From: Spongiibacteraceae bacterium
Lineage (GTDB): Bacteria > Pseudomonadota > Gammaproteobacteria > Pseudomonadales > CAMLJR01
DNA: 64,000 nucleotides
Direction: 5' to 3'
Assembly: GCA_047602265.1 (NCBI GenBank)
Contig: JASGHU010000002.1
Span: forward strand, 2,299-66,298
Shown here: positions 1 to 11,844 of the stretch, piece after piece
How the letters are laid out: each line of letters starts with the position of its first letter
How positions within the stretch are numbered: position 1 is the first letter of the stretch
The notes under the pieces: model-generated
Database searches by the model: none
What the model saw: the letters and a program-made list of their open reading frames with translations, nothing else
What the model was told of the DNA's origin: nothing
Translations under genes and position numbers: made by a program

Positions 1-987
1 CTAAGCGAATTTAAAATTTTTTGAATAGGATGTTCTGGATCGCAGATGCCCCCCTTTTAGGCTATGGTGTCAGAAGGCATGATACAACTTTCACCTATGA
101 ACATATAGAGTTCATATCACCTCTGTAACCCATGAAACCGAGGTCGACTTTGGAATGAAAGTTGGTCGGCATGATGTCCTTTAGGCAATAAAAGTAAGAA
201 TAATTCCTTCTAACATCGTTTGTCTTATAAATCCATTGCAAGACGAAAATGATGCATACATGATACAAAAAAAATCAATTCTACTCAGCGAAAATTAGCC
301 AGGTCCGCCCGGATCGGACCAATGTTTGCTGAGTAGCTCCAACAATGTTCTCAGAAATGTTATTCTTGCAATATGATGATCTCGCGGATCATACCTGTCT
401 AACAAAAAAGGATAATTAAATTTGGCCAAGAAATAGCGGAGTTATAAGCAGTTCAACTTTACTTCGGCAAAAATTACTTTTTACACGCTCAGACTCATTC
501 TTATAAAAAAAGTCCCGTTATTTTTCATTAATTTGGTACATTTCCATACAAAATTGAAAACTCTTTCAAATTAGCTCGTTTCCAGAGAGCGTATCTTCCC
601 CTTGTTGCGATCAAAAACACGAAGAACTGACTTCGGGTCAAATCACTTTTGGATTTTTCAAATTTTCCCGTCTAATGTGCATTTGGAGCAAGTGATCATA
701 GGTACATGAAATGAGCCCCATGTTCACAGATATCAACGCAGAAAGCATCGATTGATTTGGATAAGAAATAAGAAAGCTATGAATTTTTCCTACAAAAGGT
801 TATTTGGAAAAAAAACTCTGCAAATGGGTTTAAGCTACATTGGTCCATCGTTGTTAAAGATTACGCAATGAGAATCAGCGCAAAAAAGTTGTGTAGTATA
901 TCTTAAAATCAGCCCAATCGACGGACCCTTGTTCCACACTACTTTGACTGATGCTGAGATTGATCCTTAAAATAGTTTTTCAAGTAA

Positions 988-1480
988 GGTACTCGCATAG
1001 GAATTATCAGATATGTATAAAGTTTGGTAGATATGATATTTCAAGACTCCTGATCACGAATATCATATCAAAAATTCGAACGATATTCAGTAGCTTTTAA
1101 TTTTGAGTATAAAACTTTTACTTAAAATTTTTTGTAAGAAATTACTTTATGAGATTCTCGACGTTAATTTTGCGAATCTCTTATTTCTGCATTCATTCTG
1201 CTACTGGCTAACATTAGCAGATTAGAGGAGCTGAAGACAGATAATGTTTGATTAGAAGACGATTAGGGAAAAGAAGGTGTTTGCAACATTAATAGTGGAG
1301 AATAATTCCAAAATCCCGTTTCTCCCATCAAGAGTAAGCAAAATTAAGACGTTTCAACTCGAAATGGCAACTTCCCCGAGTGTGAATTGACATTTTTAAA
1401 TATGATATTCGTGATCAGGAGCTTCGAAATACCTTACATACCAAGCTTCATCAAACTCTGAGAGTTCCTATGCCAATACC
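988..1480. repeat. MITE/foldback-like element with ~90 bp imperfect terminal inverted repeats
   Basis: Arm 988..1078 (ggtactcgcataggaatt...ctcctgatcacgaatatcatat) is about 80% reverse-complementary to arm 1391..1480 (atatgatattcgtgatcaggag...ttcctatgccaatacc). Both arms carry the dispersed cctgatcac module seen elsewhere in the first 9 kb. Confidence 0.6.
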
Positions 1481-2145
1481 TCTCTTGTATGTACCAAATC
1501 ATGAAAATGTACCCGAACCTGGAAAAATTAATCTAAGTGTTCTAAAAATCACAAAATGTTCTATGCTTGTCGTTTAAAAGTAATTAGCGTCAAATTGTAC
1601 AAGAGATTATAAAACTTCCGAACATTCAGATCAAAACCATGCTTCTAAAGCCAATATCGCGTGTCAAACAAGGCCGATTTGGCTATCTTCTTTAATAAAA
1701 AAGCAGAATTGTGCTCATTTGAAAAAAATAGCTTTGGCTATTTGCTCGCTTTCTTCCAAGATCAGGAATGAAATCACTTCAAAGGAAATCATGTGAATCT
1801 CATTCATGCTAATGGAGCCACAAAATGAAAGAACGAAAAATTGTTAAGAAAATTGGAAAATCTGATGATGCCTTCTGAAAGCCGTAGCTTTGCACATAAT
1901 CATTTTTAATAAATGCAAGCTCTGTCAGACTACAAAATATGGGGAATCTTATGGTGTAAATTCTATCACTGGGCCTTCACAAATCCAAACCCCACTCGCA
2001 GCCGCTACTTATTATGTGCATCAAATTGTGCAATAGTTGACAATTCAACACAAGCTATGAATCTGATCTTATTGCGATAGCTTAAAAGTCCACGACTACG
2101 ATTTAATTTTCAACTTATACTATAGTAGTATAGTAAAAAGCAATT

Positions 2146-3154
2146 CAGCAGTCTACACATTCAGCTTTGCCCCAAGGCAATGCCAAAAAGTGCTAAAGTA
2201 TAGTATTTTACCATATTGGCCATGATTTATACCCTTAGGATTGAATTTAGAGGGGTTGTCATAGTACATGATTTTATTCGCCTAATCGAGTTCTATCGAT
2301 TGATGTATGATTTATAGGGGTTTGCGGAAATTTTTTGATTCTCGACTTTTTGGGCGAGCTGGAGACCGAAAATCAAAAAATTTCTACAAAACCCTACAAA
2401 TGATATACCAATCGATAGAACTCGAATAGCCGAACAAAAAATTCTACTACAACTACCCTTCAAAATCTCATCCTAAGGGCAGAAATCGGGGTTAAAGAGG
2501 GAAAAATACCAAAATTATACAATTTCCTGTGGCGTTTTCAAAGCATTTTTGTCGGCTAATCGAGAATATAGTTATATCACTGTTCTTAGAAAAATATCCT
2601 CTTTCGAATGATTATAAATATTACCTATCTAATTTGATTTTCAAAAATCGAAAAAATTTTATCTCGATAATTTTGGTAATATTTATAATCATTCTGAAAG
2701 AAGATATTTTTCTAAGAACATTGATATAACTATATTCTCGATTAGCCGACAAAAATGCCTCGAAAACGCCCCAGGAAATTGTATAATTTTGGTATTTTGC
2801 CCTCTTTAACCCCGATTTCTGCCCTTAGGATGAGATTTTGAAGGGTAGTTGTAGTAGAATTTTTTGTTCGGCTATTCGAGTTCTATCGATTGGTATATCA
2901 TTTTTAGAGGTTTGTGAAAATTTTTGATTTTCTGCTTCCAGCTCGCCCAAAAAGTCGAGAATCAAAAAATTTCCGCAAACCCCTATAAATCATACATCAA
3001 TCGATAGAACTCGATTAGGCGAATAAAATCATGTACTATGACAACCCCTCTAAATTCAATCCTAAGGGTATAAATCATGGCCAATGTGGTAAAATACTAT
3101 ACTTTAGCACTTTTTGGCATTGCCTTGGGGCAAAGCTGAATGTGTAGACTGCTG
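2146..3154. repeat. ~1.0 kb near-perfect foldback palindrome with nested sub-palindromes
   Basis: Left end cagcagtctacacattcagctttgccccaaggca (2146-) is the exact reverse complement of tgccttggggcaaagctgaatgtgtagactgctg (3121..3154), and symmetry continues to the centre near 2650. Each arm contains its own ~150 bp inverted repeat (about 2279..2431, mirrored about 2869..3021). Confidence 0.85.
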
Positions 3155-5878
3155 CTTGCCTTCTATAATACACAGAATAATAGATTAGATATATGATTAT
3201 TTGAAGGTTTGAAAATTATTAGATTTTTAGACCGTTTGATCATTTACTTTTTCGATACTCTCTCGTCGTTTCTTTTCCTCTCATTTTGGCATACTATTTC
3301 GTCATTTCTCTATTTTCTTGCTATTTATTGTCTTCGACGGGTTTTTTCACCTATTCAAACTTATCGAATCGAGTTGAATTTTTGCAGTTAATTCCGATAA
3401 ATAGCGATCTTTCTTTTGACACCAAGAACGACCCGATTGGATGAATTTGAAAATCTCGATTTTTGAACTTCAAGCTAAAATAACTTAGGTAAAACCGATT
3501 TTTTTTCGGATTTTCACTATTCATTTCGTACTCAGCACACCATAAGCTTCAATTTGATACCAAATTCGAATCGATCAGATCAATATCGGCTCAATTTACA
3601 TCTCTCCCTTATTATATATATATATGTAATATGTAATTTTCTGTAACTAAATCTGGAACTTGTAGTTTTTACCATGATGAGCAAATAAAATTTCACATGT
3701 ATGATTCACAAATGGCAATTTTAATGGGCACCCGAAATTTGCATACTATGAACATCGTAGATTAACGGACTGATGAAGCTAATGAGATCGTATCATTGTC
3801 TATGCAAATCACTTTGAATATCTGGATTAACTGGGCGAGTCTGAGTTGTTGGCACCGCTTGCACAAGCTATGTGAGGACAACGTGCAAAGATGAAGAATC
3901 ATCCGAATTAGCCAAAGGCATGGTTGAGGCTGGAATTTTTCGGTCGGGAATTTGCTTGATTTATCGATTTTCTCGATTATTGTACCTTCTTGAGAATTGA
4001 ATGATATAGACGACTGAGCTGTTGAAGTCGTAGAGAATGATCTCGAAGCTAGCGAGTGTTTGCTTCGAACTTCTACTGTGATGCGAGTAGAAGGAAATTC
4101 GAAGATAGCTGAAGGCGTAGAAGATCGCATTATACCCGACCATAATCACTTCGGCTACTGAATAATAAGGTGTAGGCTAAATTCGGATGATGGATTATGC
4201 TCTGAGCATTGGTCTGCACGCCTCCACCATGCAGTGTTTCAGGAAGTAGAAGTAGGAGAAAAAGGAGTCGATACCGAGATGAAAAATCCAGTGATAAACA
4301 TAAGCAGCTTCATTCTCCAGATAATTTCTATCTAAATAGTTAAATTGAAATGTTGAATTCTGAATGAATATATGCAACCTTCGGATGAGATTGTCGAAAT
4401 CCGGAGAAGTGGAATAGAATTACGTTGAAAAGCATATTGAAATTGAAGAATATTATCCACATAGCGTAAGCGATAGCGTGAATTACTTAATTTTGTTCTT
4501 ATTTTAGAAAATAGATAGAGGCTCACTGAAATGACTTTTGATATCGACAACTGGAAACCAAGATTAGTCCGGATGGTTCTAACCATAAGGTCATTGAATA
4601 TAATTTCAGGGCTATATCATAGGCTTTTGCCTCGTGCGAGAATGTATATAATAGACGTCGGTAGAGCTAAAATGGATTGATAATTGGCTTATTTCTTATT
4701 CTTTTTTTTCCTTCACCACAATGAAAATTATTCTAGGCGGCAAGTGAATGAACATAATTAGCAGCCAAATATAGCGCTGCAGGTTTCCAAATTCCGATAC
4801 TATAGGAAACTGGCGGAAAAGCACTAAATCTCATGTGATAATCGAAGAATTTTGTTGAATTTTTACCTTTTCACATCTGGACAGTGTTCACTCCTGAAGT
4901 CTTCAGAACGGTGTCGAGTTGGAAGATGAACGAGTAGGCCACACAGAAATAGCAGCCAAGTCCTGGTAGAAGTGCGGCCAGACAGACTATCGTTATTACT
5001 AAAATTGCGAAAATCAAGAATTAAATTGCGAGAGTAGAAAAGAACTTGCATCTTTGATTATGAAGCAACTGCGTCGTCGAGAGGAGGCAGCATCGATTTC
5101 TTTTCGACCATTTTCAGCTACAAGTTGGTTTTTAATACGTACCTGAAAGCTTGTGATTCATCAGTAAAATCTCGTGCCCAAACAAAAGAACGAGCGATTA
5201 ACGGCAAATGGGTATGATTGGGAGGTTTACAGTATAGACCGCGCCTTTGCAGTCGGATTCGATAGTCTTCTTCACTCTATAGAGTTGTCGCGAATTCAGC
5301 CCAGCCGGATTTTGATCTTCCATCTCTCAACATGCAATGAGAGGGAGTTTCCAGCAGGAAGCAACAGAGATATATCAAGTGGTAGAGAGGCGGCCACAAG
5401 ACAAAGTGTAAATGAAGGAGGCGAATACAGAGGCAGACAAAGAAGGAAAATACTTGTCTGAATTCAAAAGGCAACAACGTGTGCAGAAGGAAGAATGATT
5501 TTTGAACAATTGAGATATACATTATTGAAAAGTAATAATTATAACAAATCAACATATCTAACTGAAAATATGCCTAACAAGTAAAATAACAATGAATAAC
5601 AGACAAGCACTTTAGTATCACCTCTTACATCTTGGTTGTTACTATTCGATATGCAGGGCATCTGTTTTTTTTTGGCGTTTACAAACCGGATAGAGAGAAT
5701 GGGGGGAGGCCAAGCAGAGGGAGGAATTAGAAAATCTATAAAGTAGGAAGGCCTCACTATGAATATTGATATTTGTTGTGGATGTGACCTTGACAGGAGT
5801 CGAGAGAAGTGTTTACCCAGTGTAAATGATCATAGGACATAATGGGTCCATATGTGGCCATCAGAGTTGCCAGATTTT

Positions 5879-6027
5879 GACACTGACACTACCAGTGTCA
5901 GTGTCGGCCTTTTGAAATTTTGCAGTGTCAGTGTCACGCTTCAAAATTTTTGCAGTGTCAGTGTCACCCTAAATTTTGCAGTGTCAGTGTCATGCTTCAA
6001 AATTTTTGAGTGTCAGTGTCAGTGTCA
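5879..6027 (+). repeat. Tandem array built on (GTGTCA)n / CAGTGTCA units, ~33 bp higher-order period
   Basis: Four to five repeats of ttttgcagtgtcagtgtcaNgcttcaaaattt. The CQCQCQ-type ORF 5852..6295 is only the translation of this repeat. Confidence 0.75.
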
Positions 6028-7127
6028 ACCGAGAAAATTTTGGCAAAAATCAGAAAAAAAGGTTAAAAAATTGTTTCAATTAATTGAAATAAGTGAATTT
6101 TCTTTACGTCCATCGCTATGTTATTATTGTGCAATTACCGTATTCTTTCTAACAGAAATCCATGGGCTTCTGATTTTTAGTCCTCGGAGGTGGACTTATA
6201 CTAGAGTGAGGCTTCTAACTTTCGACAAAAATGTATTGCAAAACTGCCATTTCTCTTCAAAAATGTTCATTTCTTTGCATTTTCTCCGTTATTAACATTC
6301 CCTTCAAACAAGAGGCGAGGAAGTGACTGTAAAATCGACGAGTGCATACTATTTCTCATATCCAATCAATTGTGTCCAGTCCAATGGCACACAGCACATG
6401 TGTGGAGGTGGAGGTGTTCAATTTTATCGTAAGCAAAGACTGTGAAAAAGAGGAGGGCCAAAAGTGAGAAAGATAACTCTAGTCTTGTTTTGGATATCTC
6501 AGTTATTCAATCAATTGTGTCCAATCAATGAGACAGCCAGCACATGTGTGTAGGTGTCCAATTCGACCATAAGTTGAGACTGTGAAGAAGAACAGTGCGA
6601 AGATAGAGAGGATAAATTTATAAGGGATCGCTGCACACATGAACTCATATTTTGACGAAACTTGGTACATAGGGTATTTCGAGGTTCCTGATCACGACTA
6701 CCAGGTCAAGAGATGCAAAATAGTATTCTGGAGCTTGTAAGCTTGATTTGAAATACCGTAATTTTACTAACATTTTGTGTAAGATATGTCGGTTTGTATG
6801 AAGACATTGCCTATGAGTAATTTTGACACGAATTTCTGACCAGGGCTTTTGCGGAAGTTCCGATTCCGAAAACCGGAATTCTGGCGGTTTTGGGCGATTC
6901 CGGTTCCGGCCTAGCAAAATGTTGGATTCCAATACCGGTTCAGGTCAACATTTACCGTAACTTCCGGCTTTTAAAAATAGGCAGAATAGTCACTTTTAGT
7001 AATTTGACAATGGAATGATTTTTTACTACAAAGGGAACCACATACCCTCACACTCAGATTTTAATAAACTTGGTAGGTGTAAGGCATTTCGAGACTCCTG
7101 ATCACGGACAAAGGTGTTGCAGTAGTT

Positions 7128-7765
7128 CCGGATTCCGGTGCTTTTTGGTGATTCCAATACGGGTTCCAGTAGCGCGAAATTTTTAAATTTTGATTCCGCA
7201 ACAGCACTGTTTCTGACGATTTTAATGTATGAACGCTTAAAAGCTTTTCCCTGAGGGGATGGACTTATATTATAAAGAATATGGTATATCTGAGCTAGTA
7301 AACTCGTTTTCTATTAACTTACTTATGCTTAGTAGCGATTCGTAGTATCGAAATTGAAGATTTGAGCTTTTGACACTGCTTGAAACTGACACTGACACTG
7401 ACACTGGTGACACTGCAGTGTCAGTGTCAGTGTCAAAAAATTATGACACTGGGGGAGCAGTGTCAGTGTCAAAAAATTATGACACTGGGTGACACTGTCA
7501 GTGTCAGTGTCAAGCAGTGTCAAAAGCTCAAATCTTCAATTTCGATACTACGAATCGATACTAAGCATAAGTAAGTTAATAGAAAACGAGTTTACTAGCT
7601 CAGATATACCATATTCTTTATAATATAAGTCCATCCCCTCAGGGAAAAGCTTTCAAGGGTTCATACATTAAAATCGTCAGCAACAGGGATGTTGCAGAAT
7701 AGAAATTTAAAAATTTCGCCCCACCGGAACCCGTATTGGAATCACTAAAAAGCACAGGAATCCGG
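7128..7765. repeat. ~640 bp foldback palindrome with GTGTCA-repeat core
   Basis: ccggattccggtgctttttggtgattccaatacgggttcc (7128-) pairs with ggaacccgtattggaatcactaaaaagcacaggaatccgg (ending 7765). The arms are near-identical from ccctgaggggatggacttatattataaag inward. The centre (about 7380..7515) is gacactg/cagtgtc repeats. Confidence 0.85.
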
Positions 7766-7769
7766 GTAT

Positions 7770-8766
7770 ATAAGAGTTTTATGGGTGCTAACGAGTTCGA
7801 CTATATGGAGTGGCTATATAGGAGTAATCGAGGGTGCTAAGCACGAATCTGATGTTATTTTTTACCGCTCACATCTTCTAAAGCTTCTAGGATGCCCCAA
7901 AGTGCTAATTTCTTAATATAAGGAAATCGACTATAGTGAGCATAGTAGGCTAATTTTATATGTTTATAGGGGTAATCGAGGACGTAGAACTCGAATATGA
8001 TGTTTATTTACCTTCAGAACATTCTAGAACAAGTTATAGAGCTCAACTTACAAGGGAGGTACCCACAGGAATTCTCAGATTTTGACGCAACTTGGTAGGT
8101 AGGGTATTTTGAGGTCCCTGATCACAAATATCAAGTTTGAAATTTCCAGATAACACTATGTAGCTTTAAATTTTACAAAAAAATTATTCGAGTCAGGAGA
8201 AATAATGTGAAAAGATGAGTTAGCATAGATATTACCTTCAATTTTTCCATTGCAGGGAGAAATGACTGCGCCATGCTGTTAAATTTGAATGCTAATTTTG
8301 CATAGTGTCTGCTCTCTAATTTTCACACATTATTTCTCCTGACTCGAATAACTTTCTTGTAGAATTTTGAGCTACATAGTGTTATTTGGAAATTTTAAAC
8401 TTGATATTTGTGATCAGGGACCTCAAAATACCCTATCTACCAAGTTGCGTCAAAATCTGAAAATTCCTGTGGGTACCTCCCTTTTAAGTTGAGCTCTATA
8501 ACTTGTTCTACAATGTTCTAAAAGGTAAATAGACATCATATTCGAGTTCTACGTCCTCGATTACCCCTATAAACATATAAAATTAGCCTACTATGCTCAC
8601 TATAGTCGATTTCCTTATATTAAGAAATTAGCACTTTGGGGCATCCTAGAAGCTTTAGAAGATGTGAGCGGTAAAAAATAACATCAGATTCGTGCTTAGC
8701 ACCCTCGATTACTCCTATATAGCCACTCCATATAGTCGAACTCGTTAGCACCCATAAAACTCTTAT
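7770..8766. repeat. ~1.0 kb near-perfect foldback palindrome, abutting the previous one
   Basis: ataagagttttatgggtgctaacgagttcgactatatggagtgg (7770-) is the reverse complement of ccactccatatagtcgaactcgttagcacccataaaactcttat (ending 8766). Centre is near 8268. The arms contain the cctgatcac module (8091..8128 and 8408..8445). Confidence 0.85.
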
Positions 8767-8849
8767 GTTCCCTAATTTCACTATCTTAACAACATTGACT
8801 AGATATCAGTGCCGAATTTTTATTCGAAGGTCGAGCTATTTGATAGAAT

Positions 8850-11285
8850 TCAATATTTGAGATCAGTTAGGTGCGTGAAATCAGTCGATGTGAGCCACGT
8901 GCTCGGCTTTCTTGGGATCGCAAGCTGGGTCGGTGTTTCGACTTGTAGATTTGGATAGACGAGGAAGTAGAAGAGGCAAAATGTGACGAATCCGAACAGA
9001 AACAGCATCTGCGATATCCAGTGAAACCGATGCACCACTGCTGGTGTTATCTGGAACTCTACCAGATCCGTTAACTTTCGGGCTGAAATTTAGAAATGTT
9101 CGAATTTCAGCATATTTATGGAGGACGATTGCCAGAGGCCCCCTGCGACCTACCTCCGGTATATTTTCTTAAAAATTTTGCATCTCTTATCAATCAATAG
9201 CGTAAATTTTCAAGTTTACGACCTACCTCCCCATACAAAATTTTCCCTCTGCGACCTACCCCCCGTAGATTTTTTTCGCCTGACGAAAGTCCTCCCTAAG
9301 CCTGATTTTCGTGCATTCGAGCACTTACGAATGAGCCTATGCTTTCTTTTCTTCTTATCAGGAATATCGTCATCTAGTAGAGTCGGCTGGTAATTGCATC
9401 TCAAATGAGGAATGTGCACGTTATTAATTGTCTTTTTCTAACTTTGTTGTGCTTATGACTCGTAGTCCCGATTGCCTCATAAGTTTATTCCGTCGTCGAG
9501 TCGAAATCTGCGACAAATCCGGTAGAGGTGGAATTTCATTGTGACTGCTGAAATCAATTATTATATTTGACTTTCTCAAGATCCCTCTCTGACCTTGCAA
9601 AAGAATTTACAGCTATCTTCTGTCTCATGTACTTCATTAGCGCTAATTTTATCAATGATAGGAAGACGATCATAAAACAGACGCCTAAATATTTAAAAAA
9701 AAGTTTTTTAAACTGACATAACCAATCCTACCCAGGTAGAAATCCATTGCTTTGATGTAACTTACTCTTGGCATCAGCTCATTGTAGGAGAAAATTAGGA
9801 ATGTAATGGCCAAAATTATGGATATCATGTCTTGAAACTCCATCTCTGTCTCGATCCATAAGGCAACCCACGCGGTGATCACAATGGCTGTGGAGGGAAT
9901 GATCAGCTGCAGAAAGCAGAAGCCAGAAGACCGAGTGAACACGAAGCAGGCGTACAGACGGGAGTAATTTCCTATAGAAGCATAACTCTATTTTTATCCC
10001 GATAACACACGAATTCTAGCCTGTAGCGTATTCTTCCATATGACGGGTCACATAAACCGAGTTGATCGTGAAGTCCGGCAGCCTAATTTTCGCAAGTCTT
10101 ATTGCCTCACGCGTTCCGTTGGACCATTTGTAGATTACTTGATCCGCGGTATAGCCGTCTAGGGTAGAAGTCGTTGAACTTTCAGTAGATATAAAAAATT
10201 GAAGAAGCTTACAACTTTCTATGCCCATCTTGCAGAGTTGGCGGTCAAAAGGGAATAGCGTCAAGTCCATTGCTAAATAATTATTTAATTTTGAAAGTCG
10301 TGATACTTGACGATAAGTGAAGGCTTACTGCATTCGCAAATGAGGGAAATACGCCTGCTGTACAGAATAGTCCCTTTTTCGCTAAGTCTAGAATTTTAAA
10401 TGTGAAATTTATAGATTTCTAGAGTGTCGGGGCTACCGTATTAAAGATCGATGGGAAATAGAGTGACGCTGAGGATTCTTGGAGGCGATTGCGTTTGGCA
10501 CAAAAGTATCTGAAAATAGCGATTCGGAAAGTATATACCGTATTTTCTATATAGAAGCCCAGGGTTTCTATTTTTCGATGCCCTTCTGGATGGGGGCTTT
10601 TATTAGGGAAAATACGGTAACCACATCGCAACATACAAACGACGTATGGAGGACATGGGAAAGCATATTTACTCGATGTTAATTAGTATGTAACGATGTC
10701 GTTACTCCCATGAATTGACCTGGAAACCACAGAAAATTGGTGTAGCTCTCGTGCAGGAACAGTTCAGTTTTGTTGTTGAATAGTCTCTTGTCATATCGCA
10801 ATCGATTGTCAGTCCACGACTCCCGGTAAAATAGTTCTAGAGCGTAGTCCTGTAAATCTGTTTTTCATTAATTCGATAAATATCGAGTAACCATTGTGAC
10901 TTCCGAAACTGATCGAATATTACTAACAACTACAGAGACCTCCACCATCACGGCTTCTCAAATAAATAACTTCAAATTCATATGTCTCTTTATCTGAAAT
11001 TTTCCTACCTCTTCTTCGATTTTCAGGAACTTGACGGTGATCATAGTTGGTTCTTCTCAAAAACTGCAGAAAATCTCTTGTCTCTCTAAATTCAAAGCGC
11101 ATTCATTTTTCACTAGGGGAAATATTTCACCCATGAGAGAAGAACGTGGCTGATCCACTGGCTTCGATCGGCAATTTGTCCTCTTCGGAAAGCGGCTCGG
11201 CATACGCAGATCTATCCTCATAGGCAGGTCTCCGATCCAAATTCCACTGATCATTTCTTTTTCCAATTTTTTCGATAAGACGATT
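8850..11285 (-). CDS. Cys-loop ligand-gated ion channel subunit (anion-channel-like), multi-exon eukaryotic gene, 5' end unresolved
   Basis: Spliced model with closing phases: exons 11159..11285, 11009..11055, 10706..10849, 10437..10468, 10329..10387, 10216..10272, 10021..10158, 9732..9971, 9684..~9594, and last exon 8850..9082. Translation gives [33 protein letters not shown], the Cys-loop [15 protein letters not shown] (C-13-C) and [11 protein letters not shown]. It also gives TM1 [46 protein letters not shown] and the TM4 tail. The signal-peptide exon and the TM3-TM4 loop exons were not resolved. Confidence 0.8.
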
Positions 11286-11844
11286 CTGTGATGGAAAAAA
11301 TCAATGGGAAAACCTTATAGGAAAGAATCTAACTTGTTGCACAGTACACAGTAATAACTGATGCAATGTCCCAATGAATAGAAGACTATACATGATGAAA
11401 GTCCTGAAATGGCACAGAAAGTGGTTACCGAATTTCGTGAGAAATGCATTGTGAAATTTGAGGGAATCAAAATGGCCGCGGACAACATTAGGGCAAATCG
11501 AAATAAAGTGGAAACAGATGGGGATGGTTGGAGGAAGTTATTGTTGGATGCATTACAGCCCGCAACCACATTGGCACTTAGTATCTGAATTGTCTGTCAT
11601 TCAAATATCCCGTGAAAATATGCTGAACATAAAATCCGATCACTGAAATACTTGTGATTCGATATAAAAAAAGATAAGCGCGCTTTCTATTTTTGTCGAA
11701 GATCCCCTAAGGAGTCTGAAGCTTCTATAGCCTAACTATAAACTTCTCCGCACGATCATAATGTTTTCTAGAATAAAGAAAATGAATGAAAATACCAAAG
11801 ATGCGAAATTTGACAAAAATAAATATTTGAATATTTGTAAAATA

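Noticed and set aside
3762-5555. Several 60-120 aa ORFs in the 3.7-5.6 kb region as possible eukaryotic exons.
   Set aside because: The translations are low-complexity or Ser-rich with no recognisable motifs, and I could not build a splice-consistent model. The region is left unannotated.
5852-7574. ORFs translating as CQCQCQ or TLTLTL (5852..6295, 7329..7523, 7380..7574), and the possibility that the regular GTGTCA arrays are a CRISPR array.
   Set aside because: They are translations of a hexamer microsatellite. The repeats have no unique spacers of CRISPR size, sit in eukaryotic repeat DNA, and form part of a palindrome.
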